From an uncultured delta proteobacterium (GTDB lineage: Bacteria > Myxococcota_A > Polyangia > Polyangiales > B10-G4), in the NCBI GenBank assembly GCA_963727445.1, contig CAVSGI010000027.1, positions 354,983-418,982 on the forward strand: 64,000 bases of DNA, in the 5' to 3' direction. The notes under the pieces are model-generated. The model was not told the DNA's origin. It saw nothing but the letters and a program-made list of their open reading frames with translations, and did not search any database. A program made the translations under genes and the position numbers. Shown here in pieces: positions 18,960-28,488 of this stretch; position 1 is the first letter of the stretch, and each line of letters opens with the position of its first letter.

Positions 18960-19733
18960 TCAGCCACCCTTCCTGAGCAGTGTATGGGCATCGATCTCCT
19001 CTTCGGCGTTGCCTTCGATGAAGTCGCGCACCTTGTCGATGGTGGTGTGCCGGATCTCGTCCACGGTTCCCTGGAAGATCACCCTGCCGTCGTCGATCAT
19101 CGCGATTCGGTCGCTGATGGAGAACGCGCTCGCCAAGTCGTGGGTGACGACGATCGAGGTGACCTCCAGCTTGTGCTTCAGGTCGAGGATGAGGCGATTG
19201 ATCCGCGTCACGTTGATCGGGTCGAGGCCGGTGGTGGGCTCGTCGTAGAGGAGGACCTGAGGACGGACAGCGATGGCGCGCGCGAGGCCCACGCGCTTCT
19301 TCATGCCACCCGAGAGGTCCGCCGGCCACATGGCCTCGATCCCCGGCAGCCCCACCGAGTCGAGCGACTCGTGAACGCGCGCAGAGATCTCCTCCTCGCT
19401 CATGGCGAGGTGCTCCCGGAGACCGTACGCGACGTTCTCGCCCACCGAGAGCGAATCGAAGAGCGCCGCCCCCTGGAAGAGCATCCCGATTCGACGGCGC
19501 ACCTCCGTGAGGATCTTCGGCTTCGCGCCGACGATCTGGATGCCGTCGAAGACGATCGACCCTCCATCGGCATCGAGGAGCCCGATCAGCAGCTTGAGCA
19601 TGACGCTCTTCCCCATCCCCGACCCACCGATGATGGTGATCGACTCCCCCTCGAAGATATCGAGGTTCAGATCGACGTAGACGCGCTTCTCGCCGAACGC
19701 CTTCTGAACGTTGCGGAACTCGATGAGCGCCAC
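18960..19733 (-). CDS. mlaF: MlaF-type ABC transporter ATPase
   Basis: GGSGMGKS, LSGGMKKRV and YDEPTTGLDP. Confidence 0.9.
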   Translation of the reverse strand: MALIEFRNVQKAFGEKRVYVDLNLDIFEGESITIIGGSGMGKSVMLKLLIGLLDADGGSIVFDGIQIVGAKPKILTEVRRRIGMLFQGAALFDSLSVGENVAYGLREHLAMSEEEISARVHESLDSVGLPGIEAMWPADLSGGMKKRVGLARAIAVRPQVLLYDEPTTGLDPINVTRINRLILDLKHKLEVTSIVVTHDLASAFSISDRIAMIDDGRVIFQGTVDEIRHTTIDKVRDFIEGNAEEEIDAHTLLRKGG

Positions 19734-19757
19734 GCGCGCAATCTACCGCACCCGAGC

Positions 19758-20576
19758 TCAGAGACTCAGGAAGATCTGCGTGAGGAGCGCATCCGCGACC
19801 AGGATCGCGATGGAAACGACCACCACCGCCGACGCTGTGGAGCGCCCTACGCCCTCTGTGCCCCCCCGCGTCGAGAGCCCCAGGTAACAACCCAGGATCG
19901 TGGTCAGGAAGCCGAAGAACGGCGTTTTGCCCATCCCGGCCATGAAGTCCTTCACCGTCACCGAGTCGATGGCCGTCGACAGGAAGAAGGGCGACGGGAT
20001 CCGAAAGGTGACGTTGCAGACGACCATCGCAGAAAAGACGCCGAGCACCAGCGCGAAGGCCGCGATCATCGGGATGACCAGCATCCCGGCCAGCACCCGG
20101 GGCACCACCAGGCGGCGGATGGGGTCGGCGCCGAGGGCGCGGATGGCGTCGATCTGCTCGGTGACCGCCATCGATCCCAGCTCGGCCGCCATGGCGGCGG
20201 CGATGCGGCTGCCGACGACCAGGCTGGTGAGCGCCGGGGCGAGCTCGCGGGCTTCCGAGAGGCCGACGATGCGACCGACGGTGTCCTTGGCGCCGAAGCG
20301 CTCGAGGGAGTGCGCGAACTGGATGGCCATGACGATGCCGACGAAGATGGCGGTGGCCGCGCCGATGCCCATGCTCTTCACGCCGAGGCTGTCCATCTGA
20401 TCGACGAAGGCGTGGAAGTCGAGGCGGGTCTTGAACGCGGTGGTGACCGTCTGGCGGGTGAGCGCGGTCACTCGGCCGACGTGCACGAAGAAGCGGTAGA
20501 GGACGTCTCCCCAGCGGACGAGCACACCCTTGACGCCGGGCGCGGTGGGGGGCGGGATGGTGTTGGAGCTCGCCAC
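19758..20576 (-). CDS. mlaE: MlaE-type ABC transporter permease
   Basis: RELAPALT, AELGSMAVTEQIDA and GGTEGVGRST. Confidence 0.9.
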   Translation of the reverse strand: MASSNTIPPPTAPGVKGVLVRWGDVLYRFFVHVGRVTALTRQTVTTAFKTRLDFHAFVDQMDSLGVKSMGIGAATAIFVGIVMAIQFAHSLERFGAKDTVGRIVGLSEARELAPALTSLVVGSRIAAAMAAELGSMAVTEQIDAIRALGADPIRRLVVPRVLAGMLVIPMIAAFALVLGVFSAMVVCNVTFRIPSPFFLSTAIDSVTVKDFMAGMGKTPFFGFLTTILGCYLGLSTRGGTEGVGRSTASAVVVVSIAILVADALLTQIFLSL

Positions 20577-20578
20577 GT

Positions 20579-22216
20579 CTAAGGTCCCGGGCAGAGGGGC
20601 ACGGGGTCGGGGGCGTCGGTACCCGTGCCGGTCCCGATCCCGAAGTCCGCGCCCCAGCAGTACCAGCGCATCTCGGTGTCGTGGAACGCGCAGTTGAAGT
20701 GGCCACCGACGGTCAGCTGGCTCCACGGGCCGGCCTTGGTGATCGGGCGCGGGACGTCGGAGGAGTCGTCGACGGCGCCGACGCCGAGCTCACCGTTTTC
20801 GTCGCCACCGAGACACGCGATGCTTCCGTCGGTCTTCAAACCGCAGCCGTGATACCACTCGAAGAGGAAGAACGACCAGTTGGTATCGGTGCCCACCTGG
20901 GTGGGCGTCGGCTCGTAGCCGCTCCCCCAGCAGAAGAGCCGTCCGTCGGTCTTGATGCCGCAGCTCGTCTGCTCTCCGCCGCTCGCGCTGACCCAGTCGG
21001 TGTCGCTCCCGATCTGTGTCGGCTGGTCCCTCGGGTCGGTGTCGCCAGTGCCGAGCTGGCCATAGGTGTTGTCGCCCCAGCAGAAGAGCCTTCCGTCGAC
21101 CTTCACCGCGCAAGCGTGGCTCCAGCCGGCGGTGGCGCGTGCCCAGTCGGTGTCGGTCCCGACCGGATCGCCGTCCTCCCACAGGCTGCCGTTCGCCTGG
21201 AGCGCGAGCTTGCGCGAGTTGGCAGCGGAGATGGCCATCCAAGTGGTGTCCATCCCGACCTGCACCGGGTCCTGCTCGTCGCCTCCCCAGAACCACAGCG
21301 TTCCGTCGCTGCGAATCCCGCTCCCCGCGAATCCCGCGTACCCGAGGGCGAGCAGAGACCAGGAGCCCCCATCGTCGGCATGGCGGGGGATGGGCTGAAA
21401 GTCGGCCCCGCGCGCGTCGCCGAGGCCGAGCACGCGATCCGGGCTGTTGCCCCAGCACCACCTCTCCCCCAGCTCGTCGATGGCGCAGACGCTCTGATGG
21501 CCGGCGGCGATCGTGGCGAAGGACAACGGCGAGCAGGAGCCCGCCGTGCAGCGCGCACATCGATCGCAGTCATCGTCGACGGTGCAGCTCTGCGCGATGC
21601 AGCCCATGGTGGGCTCGCAATACTCGCCGATCAGACACGTCTGACTGCTGGGTGCGGCGGTGCACACGCCCGCCACGCACGCAGCGGGGGCGCAGGCGAT
21701 GCCGGTATCGGCGCAGTCGGCGTCCGAAGCGCACTCGGGCGTGGGACAGTGCTCCGGCGTCTCCGGCGTGCACGCGGGATCGACGCAAACGCCACCGAGG
21801 CACTGGGTCAGCGCCGCCTCCGAGGCGGGGCACACGACGTCGGCGCAGTCGCGCGTGATCACGACGGTGACGGCGAAGGAGTCTTCCATCTCGACGCGGA
21901 TCACGCGCTCCGGCACGACGACATCGCCCGAGAGCTGCACCTTCACTCGGTATTGTCCGGGCGTCAGATCGGAGAGCTCGGCGATCCGCATCCCTTGCGT
22001 GAGATCCTGCAGGACCACCCGCGTATCCACGCTGGCGACGACCTCCGCGCTGTCCCCTCCGAGGAGGACCACGCGCACGGAATCGACCTCGGCGCGCCCC
22101 ACGTAGTCGGACTTGAGGTCGACGAATAGCTCGAGGTCGCTCCGCTCCGAGCATGATGTGGAAAGGCCCAGGAGCGAAAACAGAAGGCTCAGGGCGACGG
22201 GGCAGGCGGGCCTCAC
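20579..22216 (-). CDS. Lipoprotein with a Cys-rich region and RCC1-like repeats
   Basis: Lipobox STSC; repeats such as AGWSHACAVKVDGRLFCWGDNTYGQLG. Confidence 0.8.
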   Translation of the reverse strand: MRPACPVALSLLFSLLGLSTSCSERSDLELFVDLKSDYVGRAEVDSVRVVLLGGDSAEVVASVDTRVVLQDLTQGMRIAELSDLTPGQYRVKVQLSGDVVVPERVIRVEMEDSFAVTVVITRDCADVVCPASEAALTQCLGGVCVDPACTPETPEHCPTPECASDADCADTGIACAPAACVAGVCTAAPSSQTCLIGEYCEPTMGCIAQSCTVDDDCDRCARCTAGSCSPLSFATIAAGHQSVCAIDELGERWCWGNSPDRVLGLGDARGADFQPIPRHADDGGSWSLLALGYAGFAGSGIRSDGTLWFWGGDEQDPVQVGMDTTWMAISAANSRKLALQANGSLWEDGDPVGTDTDWARATAGWSHACAVKVDGRLFCWGDNTYGQLGTGDTDPRDQPTQIGSDTDWVSASGGEQTSCGIKTDGRLFCWGSGYEPTPTQVGTDTNWSFFLFEWYHGCGLKTDGSIACLGGDENGELGVGAVDDSSDVPRPITKAGPWSQLTVGGHFNCAFHDTEMRWYCWGADFGIGTGTGTDAPDPVPLCPGP

Positions 22217-22234
22217 CCCGTCATGATACCCGAC

Positions 22235-23125
22235 TCAGTGCGGCGCTCCCTCGACCGCGTCGACCCCGGCGAAGGTGAAGCCAGCGGAGAGCGCGCTGCA
22301 CGTGCCCGCCGCCGGATCGAGATCGGCCTGCGCGGAGAGGATGATGCCCGCGAGGTCCGCCATCTCGGGCTTCATCGCGGTCACCGCGGCCTCGAGCACC
22401 GCCACCTGGACCTTGCCGCCGATCACGCCGTCTTCGATGCGGGTCTCGGAGATGGAGGCGCTGAGGCGCGCCTCCTCGATGACCACCGGCACCGCCGGCT
22501 CGACGATCGTCAGCTCACTCTCGAAGCGGACGGGATCGGTCTCGAGGCGTCCACCGACGATGCGGCCGCTGACGTCGGCGAGGTAGCGGGTGTCGTAGAG
22601 CTGACCCGCGGCGGGGCGGCCGTCGGCGCCGAGCTCGGGTGCGCCGCCGGCCGGGAGATAGCCGAGGCCGAGACTCACGTTCACGCAGTCGTCATCCACG
22701 AAGTCGTCGACGTTGCGAACCTGCGCGACGACCGCGAAGGTGCCTTCTTCGATCGCGTCGGTCATGCCCTGATTGATGTCGATGCTCCCGCGGATGTCCC
22801 TCGCCAGGAGCGCGAGCTGGTTGTCGATGCCGGAGGCGCCGTCGGGCGAGACGAAATCCGCGTGGCCGCAGCCCGCGGCGTCGCCCTCCGCGCTGGTGAC
22901 GCCGTCGATGTCGAAGCCCTGCATGAGACCGGCGGGGTCGGGCTCGGGCACGGACACGTCGTTGATGAGATAGAAGTAGCTCTCCCCGGTGTCACAGGAG
23001 AGCGCCCCACCGGAGCCGCCCGTTCCGCTGGCGCCAGGGCCGGGGGCCCCATTGTCGGCTGCGCAACCCACGAGGCCGGCCAGGGACAGGACGATCGCGG
23101 CGAAGAGGTGAGTCGTGAGGCGCAT
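22235..23125 (-). CDS. Hypothetical lipoprotein
   Basis: Lipobox LVGC, GFDIDG and GIDNQL; typical codon bias. Confidence 0.7.
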   Translation of the reverse strand: MRLTTHLFAAIVLSLAGLVGCAADNGAPGPGASGTGGSGGALSCDTGESYFYLINDVSVPEPDPAGLMQGFDIDGVTSAEGDAAGCGHADFVSPDGASGIDNQLALLARDIRGSIDINQGMTDAIEEGTFAVVAQVRNVDDFVDDDCVNVSLGLGYLPAGGAPELGADGRPAAGQLYDTRYLADVSGRIVGGRLETDPVRFESELTIVEPAVPVVIEEARLSASISETRIEDGVIGGKVQVAVLEAAVTAMKPEMADLAGIILSAQADLDPAAGTCSALSAGFTFAGVDAVEGAPH

Positions 23126-23226
23126 GGGCTTTCTCCTGGCCCCGACAACGAGCAACCCACGTGCCACCGGGCTACCCCCCCTTTCGTCAGGAGATGTCGG
23201 GTCGAGCCTGGCTACCGCGCTTGCCG

Positions 23227-24618
23227 TCAGCGCCGCTCGTGGGCACGCATCGGCAGCCCACCCCGTGGCCGAATGGTGATGGTGGGGATCATGCCGATCG
23301 GGCCGCGTTCGGCGCGTTCGAAGCGACAGCGCGACAACAGGACGGCGAGGATCGTCACCATCTCGAGGATGGCGAAGTGCTCGCCGATGCAGATGCGTCT
23401 CCCGCCGCCGAAGGGGAAGTAGCGATGGCGCTGAGCGCGCTTGACCGCGGCTTCGTCGGCGAAGCGCGCGGGGTCGAAGCGATCGGGCTCTTCCCAGAAC
23501 GCGGGTTGCCGGTGGCTGGTGTAGGGGCTGAGGATGACGACGGTGCCGGGGGGCAGTACCCACTCGCGGCAGGGGTATTCCTCGACGACGAGGCGCGCGG
23601 TGTTCCAGACCGGAGGCAGGAGCCGGAGAGATTCGTTCACGACCTGACGCAGGTAGGTCAGCTCGGCGAGGCGTTCGGGGGTCGGGGCCTTTCCGCCGAG
23701 GACGCGATCGATCTCCTCGACGGCCGCGCGCTCCGCCTCCGGATTCTCCGCGAGGAGATAGAGCGTCCACGCGAGACCGTTGGCCGTCGTCTCGTGGCCC
23801 GCGAGGAAGAGGGTCAAGACCTCGTCGCGCACCTGGGCGTCGGTGAGCTGACCGCCGTCGCCCTCTTCGTCCTGCGCGGCGAGGAGACGCGAGAGCAGAT
23901 CGTCGGGGCGGTCCGGGTCGGCGCGACGCGCTTCGATCTGAGCGTAGATGAGCGAGTCGAGGTAGCGCTTGGCGCGACGAAAGCGGAGGTGCGCCGGCAG
24001 AGGAAGCCATTCGAAGTGGCGGTACATCGGCACGCTCAGCCGGGCGACGAGCCGCAGCCCGTCCTCGAGGGCGCGCCCAATCCGCGCGGTCTCGCCCGCC
24101 ACGTCCCCGTGAAAGAGCACGCGGGCGATGATCGAGAGCGCCAGCGCGCCGAGCTCCTCGGCGACGTTCACCACCTCGCCCTTCGCGATGGCGTCGACGT
24201 GACGCGTGGTCTCCTGCACCATCGTCTCGACGTAGCGCGGCAGCTCTTTGGGCTGAAAGAGCGGCGCGAGCATGCGCCGCGCGCGCATGTGCTCTTCGCC
24301 TTCGCTCGTGAGCAGGCCGTTGCCGACGACGCGACCGGCGGCTTTGAGCGCCCGGCCCTTTTCGAAGCAGCGGGCGCGGGTGGTGTAGACGTCGCGGACG
24401 AGCTCGGGGTCGGTGGTGAGGACCACCTCTTGGCCGCCGAGGCGATAGCGGATGAGATCGCCGTATTCGGCGACCCAGCGCAGCTGCGATCCGAGGGGGT
24501 CGCGGGCGTAGGTGAGGAGGTTTCCGACGACGGGCAGTCCGGGCGGGCCAGGCATCGACGCGAGGGAGCCGTCGGTGCGACTCAGGCTGGTTCCTCGGCT
24601 TGGCTCTTCTCCGTGCAT
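23227..24618 (-). CDS. Cytochrome P450
   Basis: AGHETT, ESLR, PDRFDPARF and the heme motif FGGGRRICIG. Confidence 0.95.
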   Translation of the reverse strand: MHGEEPSRGTSLSRTDGSLASMPGPPGLPVVGNLLTYARDPLGSQLRWVAEYGDLIRYRLGGQEVVLTTDPELVRDVYTTRARCFEKGRALKAAGRVVGNGLLTSEGEEHMRARRMLAPLFQPKELPRYVETMVQETTRHVDAIAKGEVVNVAEELGALALSIIARVLFHGDVAGETARIGRALEDGLRLVARLSVPMYRHFEWLPLPAHLRFRRAKRYLDSLIYAQIEARRADPDRPDDLLSRLLAAQDEEGDGGQLTDAQVRDEVLTLFLAGHETTANGLAWTLYLLAENPEAERAAVEEIDRVLGGKAPTPERLAELTYLRQVVNESLRLLPPVWNTARLVVEEYPCREWVLPPGTVVILSPYTSHRQPAFWEEPDRFDPARFADEAAVKRAQRHRYFPFGGGRRICIGEHFAILEMVTILAVLLSRCRFERAERGPIGMIPTITIRPRGGLPMRAHERR

Positions 24619-24826
24619 GGACGCGGCTTGAGTCTATCGACGATGGGCCACCGTCCAACAGCTGCACGCCCGCCCCCCGATCCGCCCACCCTCGCTCCCT
24701 GCCCTCCGCATCGGGGACGAACCTCACCCTCTCGCTCTTTGTCCATAAACATTCGTAATCGTTGGGGACAAAGCAAAAGGCCGCTGTCCGTCCCCGTCGG
24801 GTATGGGATTTGCGGTAGAAGGCGGC

Positions 24827-26194
24827 GTGCGGTTGTTTTGGGCTTTGTCGTTGGTGTTGGTGGCGGGCTGCCTCGGGCAGGTCGAGGACGAGGACGTCGG
24901 GGCGAGCGCCTCGAATCTGACCTCGGCGCAGCGCCGGACTCGCGCCGGCATGATCCGGGACGCGGCGGCGGCGCGTGGGCTCGAGCAGGGCTGGCTTCTG
25001 GCGGGCATCGCCGACGCCGAGACCTCGATGAGCCATTGCTGGTCGGAGCTGACCTGGGCGTGCCGGGGGCCGACCTCCCCGGATTGCGGCGGCGGGCCCA
25101 TCGTGGCCGGCGCCGGTGACGGCGCGTGCTCGCTCCGCCAGGGCGGCCTCGGCATGTTCCAGTTCGACGCCGGCACCTACGACCAGACCCTCGCCCGCGA
25201 AGGCGACCGCATCCTCACCATCTCCGGCAACACCGACGCCGCCGTCGACTTCGTCATCGCCATGGTGATCCGTTCGACCTTCATCAGCGGGGTCGACAAC
25301 GCAACCCAGGCGCTCGACTGGATGAACGGCGTCCGACCCGACAACGGCCGCATGGACCAGTGGGCTCAGACCGTCACCCGCTATTACAACGGTTGCAGCC
25401 CGACATCCTCGTGCTGGTCGTCGCGCTATCCGCGCTACCGCGACCACGCCACCAACGTCTACTCGGAGATGGGCGCCGACTTCTGGAACGCCGCCCCCGA
25501 CTTCGCCGCCACCTACGTCGAACAGTCCTTCCCCCTCGCCCGCGATCCTTTCGAGCTCGCGCCCGGTGAGGAGAGCTCCGGCTACATCGACCTGCGCAAC
25601 GCTGGCGGCGAGACGTGGGAGCCCGGCTTCACCTTCCTCGGCACCACCGAGCCCCGCGACGCCCCGAGCGCCCTCGCCGGCCCCGACTGGATCAACGATC
25701 ACCGCGCCGCCACCGTCGACGCCACCGTCGCGCCGGGCGAGGTCGGTCGCTTCGCCTTCACCGTCCGCGCTCCCGACACCCCGGGCGACTACCCGCAGTA
25801 CTTCAACCTGGTCGAAGAAGGCGTGGCCTGGTTCTCGGACCAGGGCGGCCCCGTCGACGCGCAGCTCCAGATCCGCGTCACCGTCCTCGACGTGCCGCCG
25901 GTCGACACGCCGACCGACCCGACCACGCCGACCGACCCGACCACGCCGACCGACCCCACCAATCCCACCACCACCGAGATGCCCCCCGATGGCGGCGCGA
26001 CGCCCCCGCCGGCGGCCCTCGGTCCTTCCTCCGGCGACATCTCCGGCGGATGCAGCGCCACCGGCGCTCCCGACGCCGCGCTCTGGATGCTCTTCGCTCC
26101 GCTGGTGCTCTTCGTGCGCCGTCGCCGTCAGGGCGTATCCTCCCGCCCATGCCGGAACGTGAACGCATCTGGACCGGGGAGCGCTTCTACCTAG
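24827..26194 (+). CDS. Secreted/lipoprotein with a putative lysozyme-like domain, an Ig-like domain, PTDPTT repeats and a MYXO-CTERM-like tail
   Basis: Lipobox VAGC; AETS...GLGMFQ...YYNG; LRNAGGETW...VAPGEVGRF; GGCSAT + TM + RRRR. Confidence 0.7.
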   Translation: MRLFWALSLVLVAGCLGQVEDEDVGASASNLTSAQRRTRAGMIRDAAAARGLEQGWLLAGIADAETSMSHCWSELTWACRGPTSPDCGGGPIVAGAGDGACSLRQGGLGMFQFDAGTYDQTLAREGDRILTISGNTDAAVDFVIAMVIRSTFISGVDNATQALDWMNGVRPDNGRMDQWAQTVTRYYNGCSPTSSCWSSRYPRYRDHATNVYSEMGADFWNAAPDFAATYVEQSFPLARDPFELAPGEESSGYIDLRNAGGETWEPGFTFLGTTEPRDAPSALAGPDWINDHRAATVDATVAPGEVGRFAFTVRAPDTPGDYPQYFNLVEEGVAWFSDQGGPVDAQLQIRVTVLDVPPVDTPTDPTTPTDPTTPTDPTNPTTTEMPPDGGATPPPAALGPSSGDISGGCSATGAPDAALWMLFAPLVLFVRRRRQGVSSRPCRNVNASGPGSAST

Positions 26195-26661
26195 ACGCCG
26201 TGGAGGTGCCGCTGCGTGGCGGGGGCATCAAGAAGAAGGACATGCTCGGTCACCCCGGCGCCGTCGCGCTGGTGGCGGTGACCGACGAGGGCCGCTTCGT
26301 CCTCATCCAGAACCACCGCTTCGCCGTGGAAGAGACGCTGTGGGAGATCCCTGCCGGCACGCTCGAGCCGGGCGAGGATCCCCGCGACTGCGCCGCGCGC
26401 GAGCTGGTGGAGGAGACCGGCTATCGTGCGGCTGAGCTCGAGCCCCTGGTCGAGTTCTTCACGGCGCCCGGCTTCTGCAACGAGCGGATGCACGTCTACG
26501 TCGCCACCGGCCTCGAGCACGTCGGCCAGAAGCTCGAGCCGTCCGAGCAGATCACCGTGCACCTTCTGACGGAATCGGAGATCCGCACGCGCCTCAGGGA
26601 CGGTACGATTCAGGACGGCAAGACCCTCGCGTCCCTCTACCGCTACCTAGACCGAAGGTAA
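26149..26661 (+). CDS. NUDIX hydrolase (ADP-ribose pyrophosphatase-like)
   Basis: HPGAV, Nudix box GTLEPGEDPRDCAARELVEETGY and IQDGKT. Confidence 0.9.
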   Translation: MPERERIWTGERFYLDAVEVPLRGGGIKKKDMLGHPGAVALVAVTDEGRFVLIQNHRFAVEETLWEIPAGTLEPGEDPRDCAARELVEETGYRAAELEPLVEFFTAPGFCNERMHVYVATGLEHVGQKLEPSEQITVHLLTESEIRTRLRDGTIQDGKTLASLYRYLDRR

Positions 26662-26665
26662 TCCG

Positions 26666-27883
26666 TTGAAGCTCGCCATCCTCTCCTGCAGCCCGAACTG
26701 TTACAGCACGCGTCGCCTTCACGACGCGGCCGCTGGCCGCGGCCACGAAGTCGACGTCCTCGACACCCTCAAGTTCTCCATCGACCTGGCCGAAGGTGCG
26801 CCGGACCTGTACTACCTGCAGGAGCCGCTCGATCACTACGACGCAGTCCTGCCGCGCATAGGTGCCTCCATCACCTACTTCGGCACCGCCGTGGTTCGGC
26901 AGTGCGAGCAGATGGACATCTTCTCGGCGAACTCCTCGGCCGGCATCGCGAACTCACGCGACAAGCTGCGCAGCCTCCAGGTCTTGAGCAAGCACCGCAT
27001 CGGAATCCCTCAGACGACCTTCGTCCGCGACCGCAAGGACGTGCTGCCTGCCATCGAGCGCGTCGGGGGCGCGCCCGTCATCATCAAGCTGCTCGAGGGC
27101 ACCCAGGGCATCGGCGTCCTGTTGGCCGAGACCGTGAAGTCGGCCGAAGCCATCATCGAGCTGCTGCAGAGCCAGAAGCAGAACGTGCTCATCCAGAAGT
27201 TCGTCGCCGAGAGCAAGGGCAAGGACATCCGTGCCTTCGTCGTGGGCGACCGCGTCGTCGCCGCCATGCGCCGCGTCGCGCAGGGCGAGGAGTTTCGCAG
27301 CAACGTGCACCGGGGCGGCGTCACCGACCAGATCGAGCTCGACGAGCGCTACCGTGAGACGGCCGTGCGCGCGGCGCAGATCCTCGGCCTGCGCGTCGCC
27401 GGCGTCGACATGCTCGAGGCAGCGGATGGGCCGCAGATCATGGAGGTGAATTCCTCCCCCGGCCTCGAGGGCATCGAGACCTGCACGCAGCTCGACATCG
27501 CCGGCGCCGTCATCGACTACATCGCCGCCCAGGTCGACTTCCCAGAGCTCGACCTCCGGCAGCGCCTGACGGTGAGCCGCGGCTATGGCGTCGCCGAGCT
27601 CTACATCCGCGAAGGCTCGGAGTACGTCGGGAAGTCCCTCAAGGACTCGGGGCTACGCGAGCGCGACATCAACGTGCTGACGCTGCATCGAAGCGGCACG
27701 GTCATCTCCAACCCGCGCTCTGACCGCGTCCTCGAAGCGGACGACCGCCTGCTCTGTTTTGGCAAGCTCGAGCTGATGCGTGACATGGTCCCCGAGCGCG
27801 CCCGCCGCCGGCGCCGCCCTCCCCTCAAGGGCCTCCCCTCCGACGTCCCCGGCGCAGACAGCGAGCCCGACGGCGACATCTGA
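26666..27883 (+). CDS. rimK: RimK-family ATP-grasp ligase fused to a C-terminal RCK_C (TrkA-C) domain
   Basis: PRIGASIT, GTQGIGV, FRSNVHRGG and EVNSSPGLEG; C-terminal GSEYVGKSLKD...NPRSDRVLEADDRL. Confidence 0.85.
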   Translation: MKLAILSCSPNCYSTRRLHDAAAGRGHEVDVLDTLKFSIDLAEGAPDLYYLQEPLDHYDAVLPRIGASITYFGTAVVRQCEQMDIFSANSSAGIANSRDKLRSLQVLSKHRIGIPQTTFVRDRKDVLPAIERVGGAPVIIKLLEGTQGIGVLLAETVKSAEAIIELLQSQKQNVLIQKFVAESKGKDIRAFVVGDRVVAAMRRVAQGEEFRSNVHRGGVTDQIELDERYRETAVRAAQILGLRVAGVDMLEAADGPQIMEVNSSPGLEGIETCTQLDIAGAVIDYIAAQVDFPELDLRQRLTVSRGYGVAELYIREGSEYVGKSLKDSGLRERDINVLTLHRSGTVISNPRSDRVLEADDRLLCFGKLELMRDMVPERARRRRRPPLKGLPSDVPGADSEPDGDI

Positions 27884-27936
27884 AGGCGCTCGAGCGGCCA
27901 AGACCACCGAGCGCGCTCGCACGTCTCCAACCTGTC

Positions 27937-28488
27937 ATGCCTTGCTTCTTCCTCGTCGCGTTGCTGCTGTCGTCCTGCGGGTCGAGCGGCGCGTCGGTCT
28001 CGGCGAACGACCCGAGCGCCAGCGCCGCGCCCGACGAAACACCGAGCGAGAGCGCCTTCAACCCCGACCGCGTCGACCCAGTCGAGCGCGCGCGCGCGGG
28101 CGGATGGGCGGGCGAAGGCCTCGAAGCCCCGCCGAGCTACTGCGACGAGGGGGGCGGAACCGAGTGGTGTGAGGGGCACGCCGACGACGATTGCGACGGG
28201 GTCGTCGACGAAGGCTGCGCCGACTGCGTCACCCAAAGGTGCGTTCGTTACGAGATCAGCGACGAAGAGATGCGCCGGGGCACTGGCAAGGCGGGGCCAG
28301 GCGAATGCGTGGGGCCGGTGTATTGCGGTCGCGTCGATGGCGTCGCGGACACCTCGCCGCCCGGAGGCTGCGGCGACTTCCATTGCGGAACGCTGATCTT
28401 CGCCGACCGAACCGCACAGCCCTACCACTGCACCATCCGCGGCCGCTGCGTCGACGGCGCGTTCGTCCCGGAAGGCTTCAGCTGGTGA
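27937..28488 (+). CDS. Cys-rich hypothetical lipoprotein
   Basis: Lipobox LSSC; DDDCDGVVDEGC motif. Confidence 0.6.
   Translation: MPCFFLVALLLSSCGSSGASVSANDPSASAAPDETPSESAFNPDRVDPVERARAGGWAGEGLEAPPSYCDEGGGTEWCEGHADDDCDGVVDEGCADCVTQRCVRYEISDEEMRRGTGKAGPGECVGPVYCGRVDGVADTSPPGGCGDFHCGTLIFADRTAQPYHCTIRGRCVDGAFVPEGFSW

Noticed and set aside
25908..25976. 18-bp tandem repeats
   Set aside because: In-frame PTDPTT linker inside a CDS; ordinary low-complexity coding sequence.
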